From UHGV virus genome UHGV-0136745: a stretch of 24,121 bases of DNA; one strand, 5' to 3'. Below the pieces are notes generated by a model that saw only the letters and a list, made by a program, of their open reading frames with translations, was not told the DNA's origin and did no database searches. Shown one piece after another: positions 1-8,270 of the stretch. Source of the DNA: a virus. Numbering within the stretch: position 1 is the first letter of the stretch; the number at the start of each line of letters is the position of its first letter. A program made the position numbers and the translations under genes.

Positions 1-330
1 TACAACCCCCGAAGTATTAGCCTTGTTCCTTGTCGTGTTGCGGTTGTTATCAATCTTAGCTACTTTTCTCAAGTTTAATATTCTATTGTCATCCCTTATG
101 TGATTTATATGGTCTATCTCAAATCCTGTAGTCAGAACATCATTAGGGTTGCACATATCCCAAATTATTCTGTGAACAGGGATATGCTTGTTTTTATGTT
201 TCACGCGCACGTACCCATCGCGCTCCTTTGTGCCTGCTACTAAACTTCTTTTTGCACCCCTACGCCACTTTTTCCATGATAGTACCCCGGTATTGTGGTC
301 GTAATTGAAAATCTCATCCCAATAGGTCAT
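1..330 (-). CDS. HNH homing endonuclease (HNH_3-like), 3' end cut by window edge
   Basis: Reverse-strand translation from ATG at 330..328 gives MTYWDEIFNYDHNTGVLSWKKWRRGAKRSLVAGTKERDGYVRVKHKNKHIPVHRIIWDM...IDHINHIRDDNRILNLRKV..., the HNH_3 pattern (GY.V...H..VHRIIW...IDHIN...DNR..NLR). Open to position 1. ATG overlaps the helicase stop (ATGA). Absent from ORF track because no stop lies in the window. Confidence 0.7.
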   Translation of the reverse strand, partial: MTYWDEIFNYDHNTGVLSWKKWRRGAKRSLVAGTKERDGYVRVKHKNKHIPVHRIIWDMCNPNDVLTTGFEIDHINHIRDDNRILNLRKVAKIDNNRNTTRNKANTSGVV

Positions 331-1751
331 TTTTTACCTCTGCGCTTCATATACTCTAGTAATATGTCTTGTACTTGCTTTTTCTCGTCGGTACGAGCCG
401 CAACTACTTCATCCAAGGTATCTTTTGCGATTATATGGTAGATAAATACCGCTCTATTATAGCCCGCTTGTTTTTGACGGGTTGGACCTATGCGCTCAAC
501 AACCTGCAAATAGTGCTCAAGGTTCCAGCCTTGCGAAATAAACGCCAGATGATGTCCGCCGTCCTGTAAATTTAAACCGTGCCCGGCTGACGCCGGATGC
601 ACACACAAAATCTCGATTTCACCTCTGTTCCACGCTTCCATCTGCTTGTTACCCTTAGCACCTTTGGCAAACGCCTGCGCCTGCGGAAAACGTTTCAGGA
701 TGCGCTCCAGTTCGTGTTTAAACTGATAGGCCACCAGTAACGGCGCGCCCTGTAACTCCTCAACAATGGACTCCAGCGCATCCAGTTTCGTATCGTGTAC
801 TTTCTCCCAGTCTTTCGTTGCCTCGCCGTCCGGCCCTGATACATACACGGCACCGGATGCAATCTGCAAACACTTCGACGTCTTCGCCGCTGCGTTAGCC
901 GCCTCAACTTCTCCGCTCTCCAGTTCCGCAAATAACTTTTCCTCCATATCGATGTACGCCTGACGCGCTTTCTTCGGCAGGTCGATTTCAACCGGTACGA
1001 TAATGGGCGCCTCGCATCCAAACCACTCGGCGGGGTCGATGGTTAGACTGATGTCTTTCATCTTCTGATGAATTTCATTATCCGCACCCGGGCGCGCGTG
1101 ATACTCCCGTGCCATAGCGGATTTACCCTTCTGTACCGAATTAAACCAGCGGTCGGTGAACGCGGTGTATGAAGAGCCAAGACGCTCGCCGCCGTCTATA
1201 AACCAGTTCTGGCCCCAAAGGTCTTTGAGGCCGTTAGGCGATGGTGTACCGGTCAGATTAATGAAGCGCTTAACCTTCCCGAATGCTACCTTACTGAGCG
1301 CCTTTGCCCGCTTACTGCCACCAGAACGGCTACGGAAAGATTTCAGCTTCGTGCTCTCATCAGCGACGATAACCGTGAAAGGCCAGTCGTCTTTGCCATA
1401 GTAGTCAATCAGCCACTCGATAACTTCGTAGTTAGTGCACACCACATTAGCGTCGGACTCCAGCGCCGCGATGCGGCGCTTCTCTGAACCGGTTGCGTCT
1501 ACTACACGTAGCGTAGGGAAATTCCACTTCTCCTGTTCCGCGGGCCACGTACCTGACGCAACACGTAACGGGGCAAGGATTAACACGCGGTCGTCGTCCG
1601 TAAGTTGCCCATTACGGAACAGCCTGTTAAGGACCCACATAGTAGAGGAGGTTTTACCCCCTCCCATACCACACCAGATATTACAACGTGGGTGCTGTAG
1701 CATGAACGAAGTCATGAGCTTTTGGTATTCGCGCCTTTGGAATTTAGACAT
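327..1751 (-). CDS. Superfamily 2 DNA helicase (DEAD/DEAH-box, SNF2-like)
   Basis: ORF 327..1784; Walker A GMGGGKTSS, motif II DESTKLKS, ILAPLRVASGTW and LTGTPSPNGLKDLW typical of SNF2-type helicases. Start placed at internal ATG 1751 (MSKFQRREYQ), which has a GAGG SD and sits 5 nt from the upstream gene stop; 1784 is the alternative. Confidence 0.8.
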   Translation of the reverse strand: MSKFQRREYQKLMTSFMLQHPRCNIWCGMGGGKTSSTMWVLNRLFRNGQLTDDDRVLILAPLRVASGTWPAEQEKWNFPTLRVVDATGSEKRRIAALESDANVVCTNYEVIEWLIDYYGKDDWPFTVIVADESTKLKSFRSRSGGSKRAKALSKVAFGKVKRFINLTGTPSPNGLKDLWGQNWFIDGGERLGSSYTAFTDRWFNSVQKGKSAMAREYHARPGADNEIHQKMKDISLTIDPAEWFGCEAPIIVPVEIDLPKKARQAYIDMEEKLFAELESGEVEAANAAAKTSKCLQIASGAVYVSGPDGEATKDWEKVHDTKLDALESIVEELQGAPLLVAYQFKHELERILKRFPQAQAFAKGAKGNKQMEAWNRGEIEILCVHPASAGHGLNLQDGGHHLAFISQGWNLEHYLQVVERIGPTRQKQAGYNRAVFIYHIIAKDTLDEVVAARTDEKKQVQDILLEYMKRRGKK

Positions 1752-2427
1752 GGTTAGCCTCGTAAACTGCTTTTGCGAAACCACGCGGAGTTAACGAGCG
1801 GATTACCTTAGTGCGCGCGCTCTTGCCCCCCAACTTCTTGTGCTGGTCAGAATACCCAGCACCAACGGCAACGGGCTTAACCTCCGGCATAACGAAGCCG
1901 TTGCCAACCCACAGACACGTCTTTTTAGGATACGCATCTCGCGGCTTTATGTACTCGGGGAAGGTCGGGTGTGTATCATCCTCTGGCAAGTAGCCGCCGT
2001 ATTCGAACGGGTCAAACGTATAATCTGGCTTACGCCACATAGAGGAAAGCACGCTAACCGGATTCTCAATCATATACGGCACGTTGTATTTCTTCGCCAG
2101 ACGAGCCGCTACTTTACATGTGATAACTGCTTCAACCTGAAACGTTGCATTCTTTTTACGCTTAGCTTCAAAATGCGCAGCCCCGCTTACAGCAAGGTCA
2201 GTACACGGCGGGAACGCGAAAATAATATCTGGCGCTACGTCGAAGTCGAACTTGTTATCAATCCATGCGTTTACATAGTGAATATTCTCGTGCTGAACCT
2301 TAGCGCCGGCAGTGTTGTAGTCGCCGTGGTCGGCATCATCGTAATTGAAACAATAGCAAGTATGGCCTGCTTCCGCCCACGGCTGGACCATAAGGCCCGA
2401 ACCGTCAAACAGTGACCAGATAATCAT
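1744..2427 (-). CDS. DNA (cytosine-5)-methyltransferase-like protein, unusually compact (227 aa)
   Basis: Motif I-like SLFDGSG (FxGxG AdoMet site), motif IV-like FPPCTDLAVSG (catalytic PC), motif VI-like MIENPVS (ENV), C-terminal RSLTPRGFAKAV resembling the R.LTPRE.AR element. Far shorter than typical C5-MTases; no obvious target-recognition domain. ATGA overlap with upstream ORF. Confidence 0.55.
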   Translation of the reverse strand: MIIWSLFDGSGLMVQPWAEAGHTCYCFNYDDADHGDYNTAGAKVQHENIHYVNAWIDNKFDFDVAPDIIFAFPPCTDLAVSGAAHFEAKRKKNATFQVEAVITCKVAARLAKKYNVPYMIENPVSVLSSMWRKPDYTFDPFEYGGYLPEDDTHPTFPEYIKPRDAYPKKTCLWVGNGFVMPEVKPVAVGAGYSDQHKKLGGKSARTKVIRSLTPRGFAKAVYEANHV

Positions 2428-2615
2428 TTCAGCACCAGCACCAGTTCTTTACGCCCGAACGCCGTAACGTTACCTGTTACGTCCTCGATAACCAGTTTAC
2501 CGTTCGACTCGACGAACACCGTATCAACGGCGACAGGCTGGCGCGTCTTAACGTTGAAAATCATGTCACCTGGTACGATGTCACGTGCGGGTTTGCGGTC
2601 ATATTCGTGTTTCAT
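2424..2615 (-). CDS. hypothetical protein (63 aa)
   Basis: ORF in operon orientation; stop overlaps start of the MTase-like gene (ATGA). No recognisable motif. Confidence 0.45.
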   Translation of the reverse strand: MKHEYDRKPARDIVPGDMIFNVKTRQPVAVDTVFVESNGKLVIEDVTGNVTAFGRKELVLVLK

Positions 2616-2645
2616 TTCTCAATTCCTTATATTGTTGGTGTATGA

Positions 2646-3038
2646 CTAACTATAATAGTTTGCTATTAGGTCGTCAACCTGTTTGAACGAGCCAACGACA
2701 AAAACATTTGCGCCACGTTTACGCATCCGCTCATGTTCCCGTAGCTGGTGAGGGTCTGGCTTCGTGTTTTCGTCTTTCTTTACCTCGACGAACCAGATGA
2801 TGCCGTCGGGGAGAATTACCAGCAGGTCGGGGGCGCCTATTCTATTTTCGTACGACAACTTACGAACGAGGCCCCCGATGGCCTCGAATCGCTCTTTTGC
2901 GTATTTCTGAATCTTGCCTTCCGGGGTCATTAACCGATTATCCTGCTGAAAATAGCCGCGCCCAGTAATAAAGCTACAAGTACAGCGATTATAGTTATCA
3001 TAATACGCACCCCTCGCGTTTAGTATGTTCAATCCCAC
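2646..3038 (-). CDS. VRR-NUC domain nuclease (PD-(D/E)XK fold)
   Basis: C-terminal region GAPDLLVILPDGIIWFVEVKKDENTKPDPHQLREHERM matches the VRR-NUC signature (D...E.K plus downstream Q). Start uncertain: GTG at 3038 or internal ATG at 2930 (MTPEGKIQKY). Confidence 0.6.
   Translation of the reverse strand: MGLNILNARGAYYDNYNRCTCSFITGRGYFQQDNRLMTPEGKIQKYAKERFEAIGGLVRKLSYENRIGAPDLLVILPDGIIWFVEVKKDENTKPDPHQLREHERMRKRGANVFVVGSFKQVDDLIANYYS
2649..2677 (-). promoter_or_regulatory. sigma70-like promoter (reverse strand TTGACG-17 nt-TATAGT) with embedded palindrome AATAG-N4-CTATT
   Basis: Reverse complement of 2649..2677 reads TTGACGacctaatagcaaactatTATAGT. Same architecture as the sites at 6152..6180 and 8998..9026. 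Lies inside the last codons of the VRR-NUC gene. Confidence 0.45.
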
Positions 3039-3083
3039 AGCGCGGACAGATTCGGCAGTCTTCTTCGTAGAACCAGTAAATTT

Positions 3084-3215
3084 TCATTCCAGCACCCACA
3101 GATAAATTGCGATTAACATACGCAATACGGCGACCATCATGCCGTACTGGCCCTCGTGACAGTAGACACCGGCGGCGAATCCCGCCAGTGCTGTGACAAT
3201 CAGTTTACTTAGCAT
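3084..3215 (-). CDS. possible small hydrophobic membrane protein (43 aa)
   Basis: Reverse-strand ATG at 3215..3213 gives MLSKLIVTALAGFAAGVYCHEGQYGMMVAVLRMLIAIYLWVLE, stop at 3086..3084. Overlaps the polymerase 3' end by 11 nt. Below ORF-track cutoff. SD weak. Confidence 0.3.
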   Translation of the reverse strand: MLSKLIVTALAGFAAGVYCHEGQYGMMVAVLRMLIAIYLWVLE

Positions 3216-5406
3216 AACGTTTCATCTCCGCGCCTTCTGCGACTAAAGGGAACCCCTCGGCCCACTCAGGCAATGCGCACATTAATTTTTCCAGCTCAGC
3301 CACCGTGTACTCCGGTGTATCCGGGGTTTCGCATACCAGTTCATCGTGCACAGAAAGCACGATAGGATACCCACCACCCTCAACATTAACCATTGCATAC
3401 GCAAGTAAATCACGGCACAGCGCCTGAACAATGTTTTCACAGGCCTTGCCGCCGTGTGTGTACAGGGTGGTCCATTGGCGGGTTAACTGGTTTTCACCCT
3501 GGTATTTGATTCGCACATTTGTGTTTACCCGTCCGTCTTCGTCGGTTTCTTTTGTCACACTAACGCCGATTCCTGGATACGATAGAATCCGAGCCGACGG
3601 CAACTCCATACACAACCACCAACCGGGAACTTTCCTGCCGGACGAATCGGTTTCTACTGTTCTCCAGATTCGGATGGCGCGTTCACCATTCTTGCGCAGA
3701 TGCGCCCCTGCCCAAAACTCACGACCCGGATTTCTTACAGCGGCTAAAATTCCATCTTTAAGGTCGCGCCAGAAAGCTACTGTTTCCGGGTGTGACTCAC
3801 GCCACATACGCTTGATCGCGTCGCATGTACGCCAGACTTTCTTATCAAGAATATATGAAGGTCTGTCATCTTTTTCACCGGGACGCGGGGGGCGCTTGGC
3901 TTCCTGAATACGTGCCCACTCGTAACCCCGTGCCGTAGCGGCCCATATATGGTCAGGGAAAGTCCCGTCCATTGTTTTTGCCATCTCAATAAGGTCAAGA
4001 CCTAGGTTTTTAGCAAACGTAACGAACGCTCCTACGCCCCCCTCATAGCCTAGGCCAAGCTCGCAAGCCTTGCCTATCTGTCTGATTTCCTTGAAGTTTT
4101 TCTTAATGTCATCTGGGTCCATGCCGAACATCTTACCTGCGGTTACACAGTAAATATCCAGTCCGGCGCGGAACGTATCGAGCGCGGTTTCTTCTCCTGC
4201 CAGCCATGCCAACCCGCGGCCTTCGACGTTAGAGTAATCGGCGACGACAAACTTATGTCCTGCTTCCGGGATAATGCAGCTACGAACCGTCGATGCCGTT
4301 AGTTTGGCTACGTCAAAACGGCGATGCGCGCGCCCCTTAAGTAGCGCCGCAATTCCTTTATCCAGTTCATCGTCATGATAGTACCCGCGCGCCAGGTTCT
4401 GTGGCTGGAAGCCTTTACCCGCCCATCGCAGAGTACGTTTCGCCCCGCCGTACTGCAAGCAACCACGGCGGCGGTCGTCAGAAGAACGGCCCAACAGCAG
4501 GGGGTTATATTTCGTAGACGCAGTTGACGCCGCGCCCAGGCGCATTTCTATAATCGTGCGCGCATCGTCCGGTAAATCCTCGTCCGCCAGCAGGTCATGA
4601 AGTGTTGACTTCTGCGCATTGTGAATGCGGTGAGCGGGGGCCAGTTCACGCAGAATCGGCAGGAAGTCTTTGCCGGTTAGCGAGCCGCCGTATTTACGCT
4701 GAGCTTCTTCCTGCAACTGCGCCTTGTGTTTCTCTACGGCTTCAATCGCGGATTCCGCCAGAGCGACATCAACCTTAAACCCACGGTCGTTGATTAACTG
4801 GTCCAGTTCCAGAACCCGGTCCTCGAACTCGGAGTTACCCCAACGCGGCAGCTTGTGGAATACTTCACGCATCGCTGTTATGTCGCTCACGGCGTACTTG
4901 ATGAACAACGCCCACTCGTCCGGGTGCGTTTCGGCAGTGTAGCGACGGATTTTATAGTTCTTCGGCGTAGGTTTAGAGAAACGCTGAATCAGCGCCTTGC
5001 CTCGTTTGTCTTTTGCATTGTCCGCAGATACCCCAAGCACTTCACACAACGCATCGAGTGACCCCGGCAGCGCGTGGCGAAACGCCCAAATCATCGTATC
5101 AATGGTGTTGCTGACCGGAATATCGAAGTCCCAGCAGTGCTTCATGATGAGACGGTCGAACATTGAGCCGTTGTGCCAGACCATCTTGATACGGCTGTTC
5201 GGCTTAACCAGGCGGCGCAGTGCACGGTGCAAATCGCCTGGCATGTCGCTGCCGTCTGTGCAATCCCATACCTGAACAGGTTCATCGTCGAAGGCGTAGG
5301 TGCAGATAAGCACTCCGGTAGTCGGGTGTTCGGCGTAGGCATAGGAGCCGACTTTCTTCAAATCGGCTTCGGAGAAGGTTTCAAAGTCCAAGAACAGGTA
5401 ACTCAT
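3205..5406 (-). CDS. DNA polymerase, family A (Pol I-like) with 3'-5' proofreading exonuclease domain
   Basis: 733 aa. Exo I motif FLDFETFS near N-terminus; polymerase motif A VVADYSNVEGRGLAWLAGE, motif B RQIGKACELGLGYEGG (K...YG), motif C LSVHDELV. Confidence 0.9.
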   Translation of the reverse strand: MSYLFLDFETFSEADLKKVGSYAYAEHPTTGVLICTYAFDDEPVQVWDCTDGSDMPGDLHRALRRLVKPNSRIKMVWHNGSMFDRLIMKHCWDFDIPVSNTIDTMIWAFRHALPGSLDALCEVLGVSADNAKDKRGKALIQRFSKPTPKNYKIRRYTAETHPDEWALFIKYAVSDITAMREVFHKLPRWGNSEFEDRVLELDQLINDRGFKVDVALAESAIEAVEKHKAQLQEEAQRKYGGSLTGKDFLPILRELAPAHRIHNAQKSTLHDLLADEDLPDDARTIIEMRLGAASTASTKYNPLLLGRSSDDRRRGCLQYGGAKRTLRWAGKGFQPQNLARGYYHDDELDKGIAALLKGRAHRRFDVAKLTASTVRSCIIPEAGHKFVVADYSNVEGRGLAWLAGEETALDTFRAGLDIYCVTAGKMFGMDPDDIKKNFKEIRQIGKACELGLGYEGGVGAFVTFAKNLGLDLIEMAKTMDGTFPDHIWAATARGYEWARIQEAKRPPRPGEKDDRPSYILDKKVWRTCDAIKRMWRESHPETVAFWRDLKDGILAAVRNPGREFWAGAHLRKNGERAIRIWRTVETDSSGRKVPGWWLCMELPSARILSYPGIGVSVTKETDEDGRVNTNVRIKYQGENQLTRQWTTLYTHGGKACENIVQALCRDLLAYAMVNVEGGGYPIVLSVHDELVCETPDTPEYTVAELEKLMCALPEWAEGFPLVAEGAEMKRYAK

Positions 5407-5425
5407 TATTTCGACCCTTAGTAAA

Positions 5426-5445
5426 AAGGCCCAATAAAGGGCCTT
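5426..5445 (-). terminator. putative intrinsic terminator/attenuator between SSB-like gene and DNA polymerase
   Basis: Reverse strand RNA forms stem AAGGCCC/GGGCCUU with a 6-nt loop, followed by a U-rich tract (UUUUUAC). Located in the 58-bp gap between two co-directional genes. Confidence 0.4.
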
Positions 5446-5464
5446 AATTAAACATATTCAGATA

Positions 5465-6094
5465 TTAACCACGGCGACGACGTTCGCGGCGCGGTGCTTC
5501 ATCTTCTTCGTCGTCTTCCAGGTCATTGACGCTGGCCGCAACTTTAGAACCACCGAACGCTTTACCCTCGCCGACATATTTAATCGCCAGCAGGTTAACA
5601 CCGAGAACTTTGTACTTCTGGCTAAACCAGACTTCCACGCTTACGTTAGCAACGCAGCCGCTGTAAACCTGTTCACCTTCAATCTGTTCACCTTCGACAT
5701 TGAAGTCTGGCTCTACCTGAGTTTCACCTTTTTTAGAGGTTACAATCAGAGGTTGTTTCTGCGCCTTCGCTTTGAAGTAGAAACCTTCAGGGAAGTCTTC
5801 AAAAGGATTATCACGCTCGGCGATGTCCTTAATAGCACATTTATCCATGTGCTTGCCTTCGCCGTAGTTTGACTTCATCCACTTCTCGGCAGCGGCGGCC
5901 CCCAGTGCTTCTTCTACAACCGCGTAAACGGTGTCGTACATTTCGTCGATTTGCGCATGGTCAGACGGCAGGATGATAGTGGCGCTGTACTGACCTTTAG
6001 TGATAGAGCCATCGTCGTTTTCACGGTCTTTTTCGCGTTCGAATACGTTAACCCATGCAGTGTTTACTTTACGCAGATTTAATTTCAGTCCCAT
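5465..6094 (-). CDS. putative ssDNA-binding protein (DUF2815-like by architecture)
   Basis: 209 aa with acidic C-terminal tail (NDLEDDEEDE) then a basic end. Sits between a Cas4-like nuclease and Pol A, the position usually occupied by DUF2815 SSB proteins next to DUF2800-type nucleases. Assignment rests on context and composition. Confidence 0.45.
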   Translation of the reverse strand: MGLKLNLRKVNTAWVNVFEREKDRENDDGSITKGQYSATIILPSDHAQIDEMYDTVYAVVEEALGAAAAEKWMKSNYGEGKHMDKCAIKDIAERDNPFEDFPEGFYFKAKAQKQPLIVTSKKGETQVEPDFNVEGEQIEGEQVYSGCVANVSVEVWFSQKYKVLGVNLLAIKYVGEGKAFGGSKVAASVNDLEDDEEDEAPRRERRRRG

Positions 6095-6151
6095 TTGATT
6101 TCTCGCTTTTAAGTTTCGTTTACTCCGGGAGCTGCCCGGCCAGTGATTAGA

Positions 6152-6180
6152 ACTATAATAGCTAACTATTCAGTAGTCAA
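6152..6180 (-). promoter_or_regulatory. sigma70-like promoter (reverse strand TTGACT-17 nt-TATAGT) with embedded palindrome AATAG-N4-CTATT
   Basis: Reverse complement reads TTGACTactgaatagttagctatTATAGT. A CCGGG/CCCGG hairpin lies in the predicted 5' UTR (6126..6140) ahead of the SSB-like gene. Confidence 0.5.
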
Positions 6181-6184
6181 CACT

Positions 6185-6367
6185 TTATTCTAAATCTTCT
6201 TTCTTACACATCTCTAAAAAGGCTTTGTACGAGGTTATTCTAAATACCCGGTCAACAGCCTTAGACTTGCTTCTGTGAAGAACATGCACTAGTCCTCTTT
6301 TCTTTCGGGCCATAAACTCATCTAAATACGCCCGGCGCAATTGCTCAACTGTACTTGATTTACTCAT
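6185..6367 (-). CDS. hypothetical small basic protein (60 aa)
   Basis: ORF 6185..6397; start placed at internal ATG 6367 (MSKSSTVEQLRRAY), which overlaps the nuclease stop as ATGA. Confidence 0.45.
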   Translation of the reverse strand: MSKSSTVEQLRRAYLDEFMARKKRGLVHVLHRSKSKAVDRVFRITSYKAFLEMCKKEDLE

Positions 6368-7611
6368 TCTAAATCCTCCTCTGTTACCTGATTCCACTCA
6401 GGCCGTTTGTCGTCTGCCGTTGCTACGCACGGTGCACCTGGCTTACGTGTGATGAAGTCTTTCAGTTCTTCTTCCGGTATAACCTTAACCGCTTCGCTCG
6501 GCGTCATGAGAACAACTTTGTTTAGCATAGTGCCGTATGCCTCAGCCACCTTGTCAGCGTCTTTCCACGCACGATTACCCGGACGACCTTCTACCAGCTT
6601 GTAACCCGGCACTTTCTTACCGGAATGCAACGCGGCAGCCATAGCTTTCTCAACCTTGTCGATGTGCTGGCGCAACAACGGCAACTTCTCATACTCAGCG
6701 ACGAGTTGCTCAAGTGTCAATTCCAGCGCGAAGTCGTCCTCCAGTTCTTCTGCCAGTACCGAATTAACCGTCTTCGTTCTGGCGGCACACTGTTCTGAGA
6801 ACCTACACCACTGGCAACCGTCCGCCGACGGCTTGAAGTCCGACGCTTTCAGGTTCTTCTTACCGCGGAAGTACGCATCGAGTGCTAACAGCGCGCGTTT
6901 CTGTGCGAACTTAGCGAACAGTTCAAGACCTTCAACCGAGATATCCCACTCCGACGCACCACCGGCATACGGCTGGAATATGACCAGACGAACAGTTGTT
7001 ATGTTATAACGTCTCTTGAGTCGGCGATAAACACCGAGAGCATAGAGCATAAGCTGCTTGTTTTCTTTCGCTTCTACACGATGCCGTCCTGTTTTCAGGT
7101 CGCCGATAATGAGCATGTGTTCGTCAGTGTTCGCCAGTTCCTGAACGGCAACGAGGTCTGCAGTTCCGAATGTCTCAACGCCTTCGTATCCCGGATGCAG
7201 TACCTCAGTAAGATTGACGCGCATTTCAAGCTTGGCGTAAGTCGCTACGTCGATAATAGCTTTGCAGTAGTCGGTATACTTTCGCACCTGCTCAATCATG
7301 TCCGCTGTAATCAGTACCGCGCCTTCCATCGGGCTGATTAGCGCCTTAATCTGGCCTTTACCTTCATCCAGCACGTAAGCGCCGACTTCGCGTTCTAACG
7401 GCAGCGCAGTGCCCCGGATATAGGCGTTTAGGTGCACTTCTGCTATTGTATGACATGCGGTCCCCGTAACGGCAGCTTTACCGGATGTGTTCGGGATGTC
7501 TTTTTCACAGGCCAGTGATGCGGCACAGGTAAGCCACTTTTTAGCACCTGATGGCGACAGTAAGGCGTGCACATCGTTATTGCCGCCGCGTTCTTTTAGC
7601 TTCATGCTCAT
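6364..7611 (-). CDS. Cas4/RecB-family PD-(D/E)XK exonuclease with Cys cluster (DUF2800-like)
   Basis: Motifs ADLVAV...IIGDLKTG (D / D.K nuclease core) and C-terminal CQWCRFSEQC plus N-terminal Cys, consistent with a 4Fe-4S Cas4-like nuclease. Start at 7611 (ATGA overlap with upstream 50-aa ORF) or 7626. Confidence 0.8.
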   Translation of the reverse strand: MSMKLKERGGNNDVHALLSPSGAKKWLTCAASLACEKDIPNTSGKAAVTGTACHTIAEVHLNAYIRGTALPLEREVGAYVLDEGKGQIKALISPMEGAVLITADMIEQVRKYTDYCKAIIDVATYAKLEMRVNLTEVLHPGYEGVETFGTADLVAVQELANTDEHMLIIGDLKTGRHRVEAKENKQLMLYALGVYRRLKRRYNITTVRLVIFQPYAGGASEWDISVEGLELFAKFAQKRALLALDAYFRGKKNLKASDFKPSADGCQWCRFSEQCAARTKTVNSVLAEELEDDFALELTLEQLVAEYEKLPLLRQHIDKVEKAMAAALHSGKKVPGYKLVEGRPGNRAWKDADKVAEAYGTMLNKVVLMTPSEAVKVIPEEELKDFITRKPGAPCVATADDKRPEWNQVTEEDLE

Positions 7612-7760
7612 AAGTTCCAACCCCATTTAACTTTACGCGTTTTGCGTTTGCAGGCAACCGTGTCGCCGCTACGGTTGAAAATAATCAGCCAAGTTGAGTT
7701 ACTCACTCGAAAAGGCTGGTGACGTCTAACAAATAGAAGTCGCGCTTTACGGTTCGTCAT
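7608..7760 (-). CDS. small basic protein (50 aa), unannotated in ORF track
   Basis: Reverse-strand ATG at 7760..7758 preceded by GGAGG (spacing 7). Translation MTNRKARLLFVRRHQPFRVSNSTWLIIFNRSGDTVACKRKTRKVKWGWNL. ATGA overlaps at both ends with neighbouring genes. Confidence 0.45.
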   Translation of the reverse strand: MTNRKARLLFVRRHQPFRVSNSTWLIIFNRSGDTVACKRKTRKVKWGWNL

Positions 7761-8029
7761 ACCCTGACCTCCCACTGGTCAATTAAATGTCGTGTCTTAT
7801 GGTCACAATGCATCGCCCAGCTATACATTGATTCGAAGACATAAAAGTCAGGCTTAGCGAATGTCGTGCGCTTAATCTGCGACAGGTGACGGCCTATATC
7901 TTTCGGCTTCGGTACTTTTCCTAGGTAGGCCATCTCTTCCATCTGGTGCGCACCCGACGGTGCACGCAACAGCCACAACGCCTCTGTGTTATCTCGTCGG
8001 TCGATGCCGCGGTAGAGTTGGTAAATCAT
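7757..8029 (-). CDS. hypothetical protein (90 aa)
   Basis: ORF in operon orientation, ATGA overlap with the upstream 75-aa gene. No recognisable motif. Confidence 0.5.
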   Translation of the reverse strand: MIYQLYRGIDRRDNTEALWLLRAPSGAHQMEEMAYLGKVPKPKDIGRHLSQIKRTTFAKPDFYVFESMYSWAMHCDHKTRHLIDQWEVRV

Positions 8030-8253
8030 TGATCTTCCTCCGCTTCCTCCGCTTCCTCCGCTTCATCTGCGGCAGAAATAAGCGCTTTGGCAAGTTCTCG
8101 CGCCATGTCTGGGGTGTATTCCATAAACGACAGCCCTGTCATTTCGTCGGCTGGGTCAAAATCTAGTGTTACTCTTTTTTGCTTGCCCTGTATGGTGTTG
8201 CGCACCTCGAGGCTAACTCTGGCTTCATCGCTGTTAATATCTTTAACAATCAT
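8026..8253 (-). CDS. hypothetical protein with C-terminal (EAE)n acidic tail
   Basis: 75 aa ending EAEEAEEAEEDQ, encoded by a tandem 9-bp DNA repeat. Confidence 0.5.
   Translation of the reverse strand: MIVKDINSDEARVSLEVRNTIQGKQKRVTLDFDPADEMTGLSFMEYTPDMARELAKALISAADEAEEAEEAEEDQ
8037..8066. repeat. tandem 9-bp repeat (cctccgctt x3) inside a coding region
   Basis: Plus strand tcctccgcttcctccgcttcctccgcttc; encodes the EAEEAEEAEE tail on the reverse strand. Confidence 0.8.
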
Positions 8254-8270
8254 ACCTTGACCCTCTGTTT

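Noticed and set aside
3431-5421. Plus-strand ORFs (3431..3907, 4724..4942, 4855..5061, 4997..5275, 5173..5421) and minus-strand 3777..3998 and 5142..5342 overlapping the DNA polymerase gene
   Set aside because: All lie antisense to, or out of frame within, a 733-aa ORF with clear polymerase motifs; no SD, low-complexity translations. Treated as shadow ORFs.
8037-8066. CRISPR-like repeat
   Set aside because: Only three contiguous 9-bp units with no spacers, within a coding frame; it is a coding microsatellite, not a CRISPR array.
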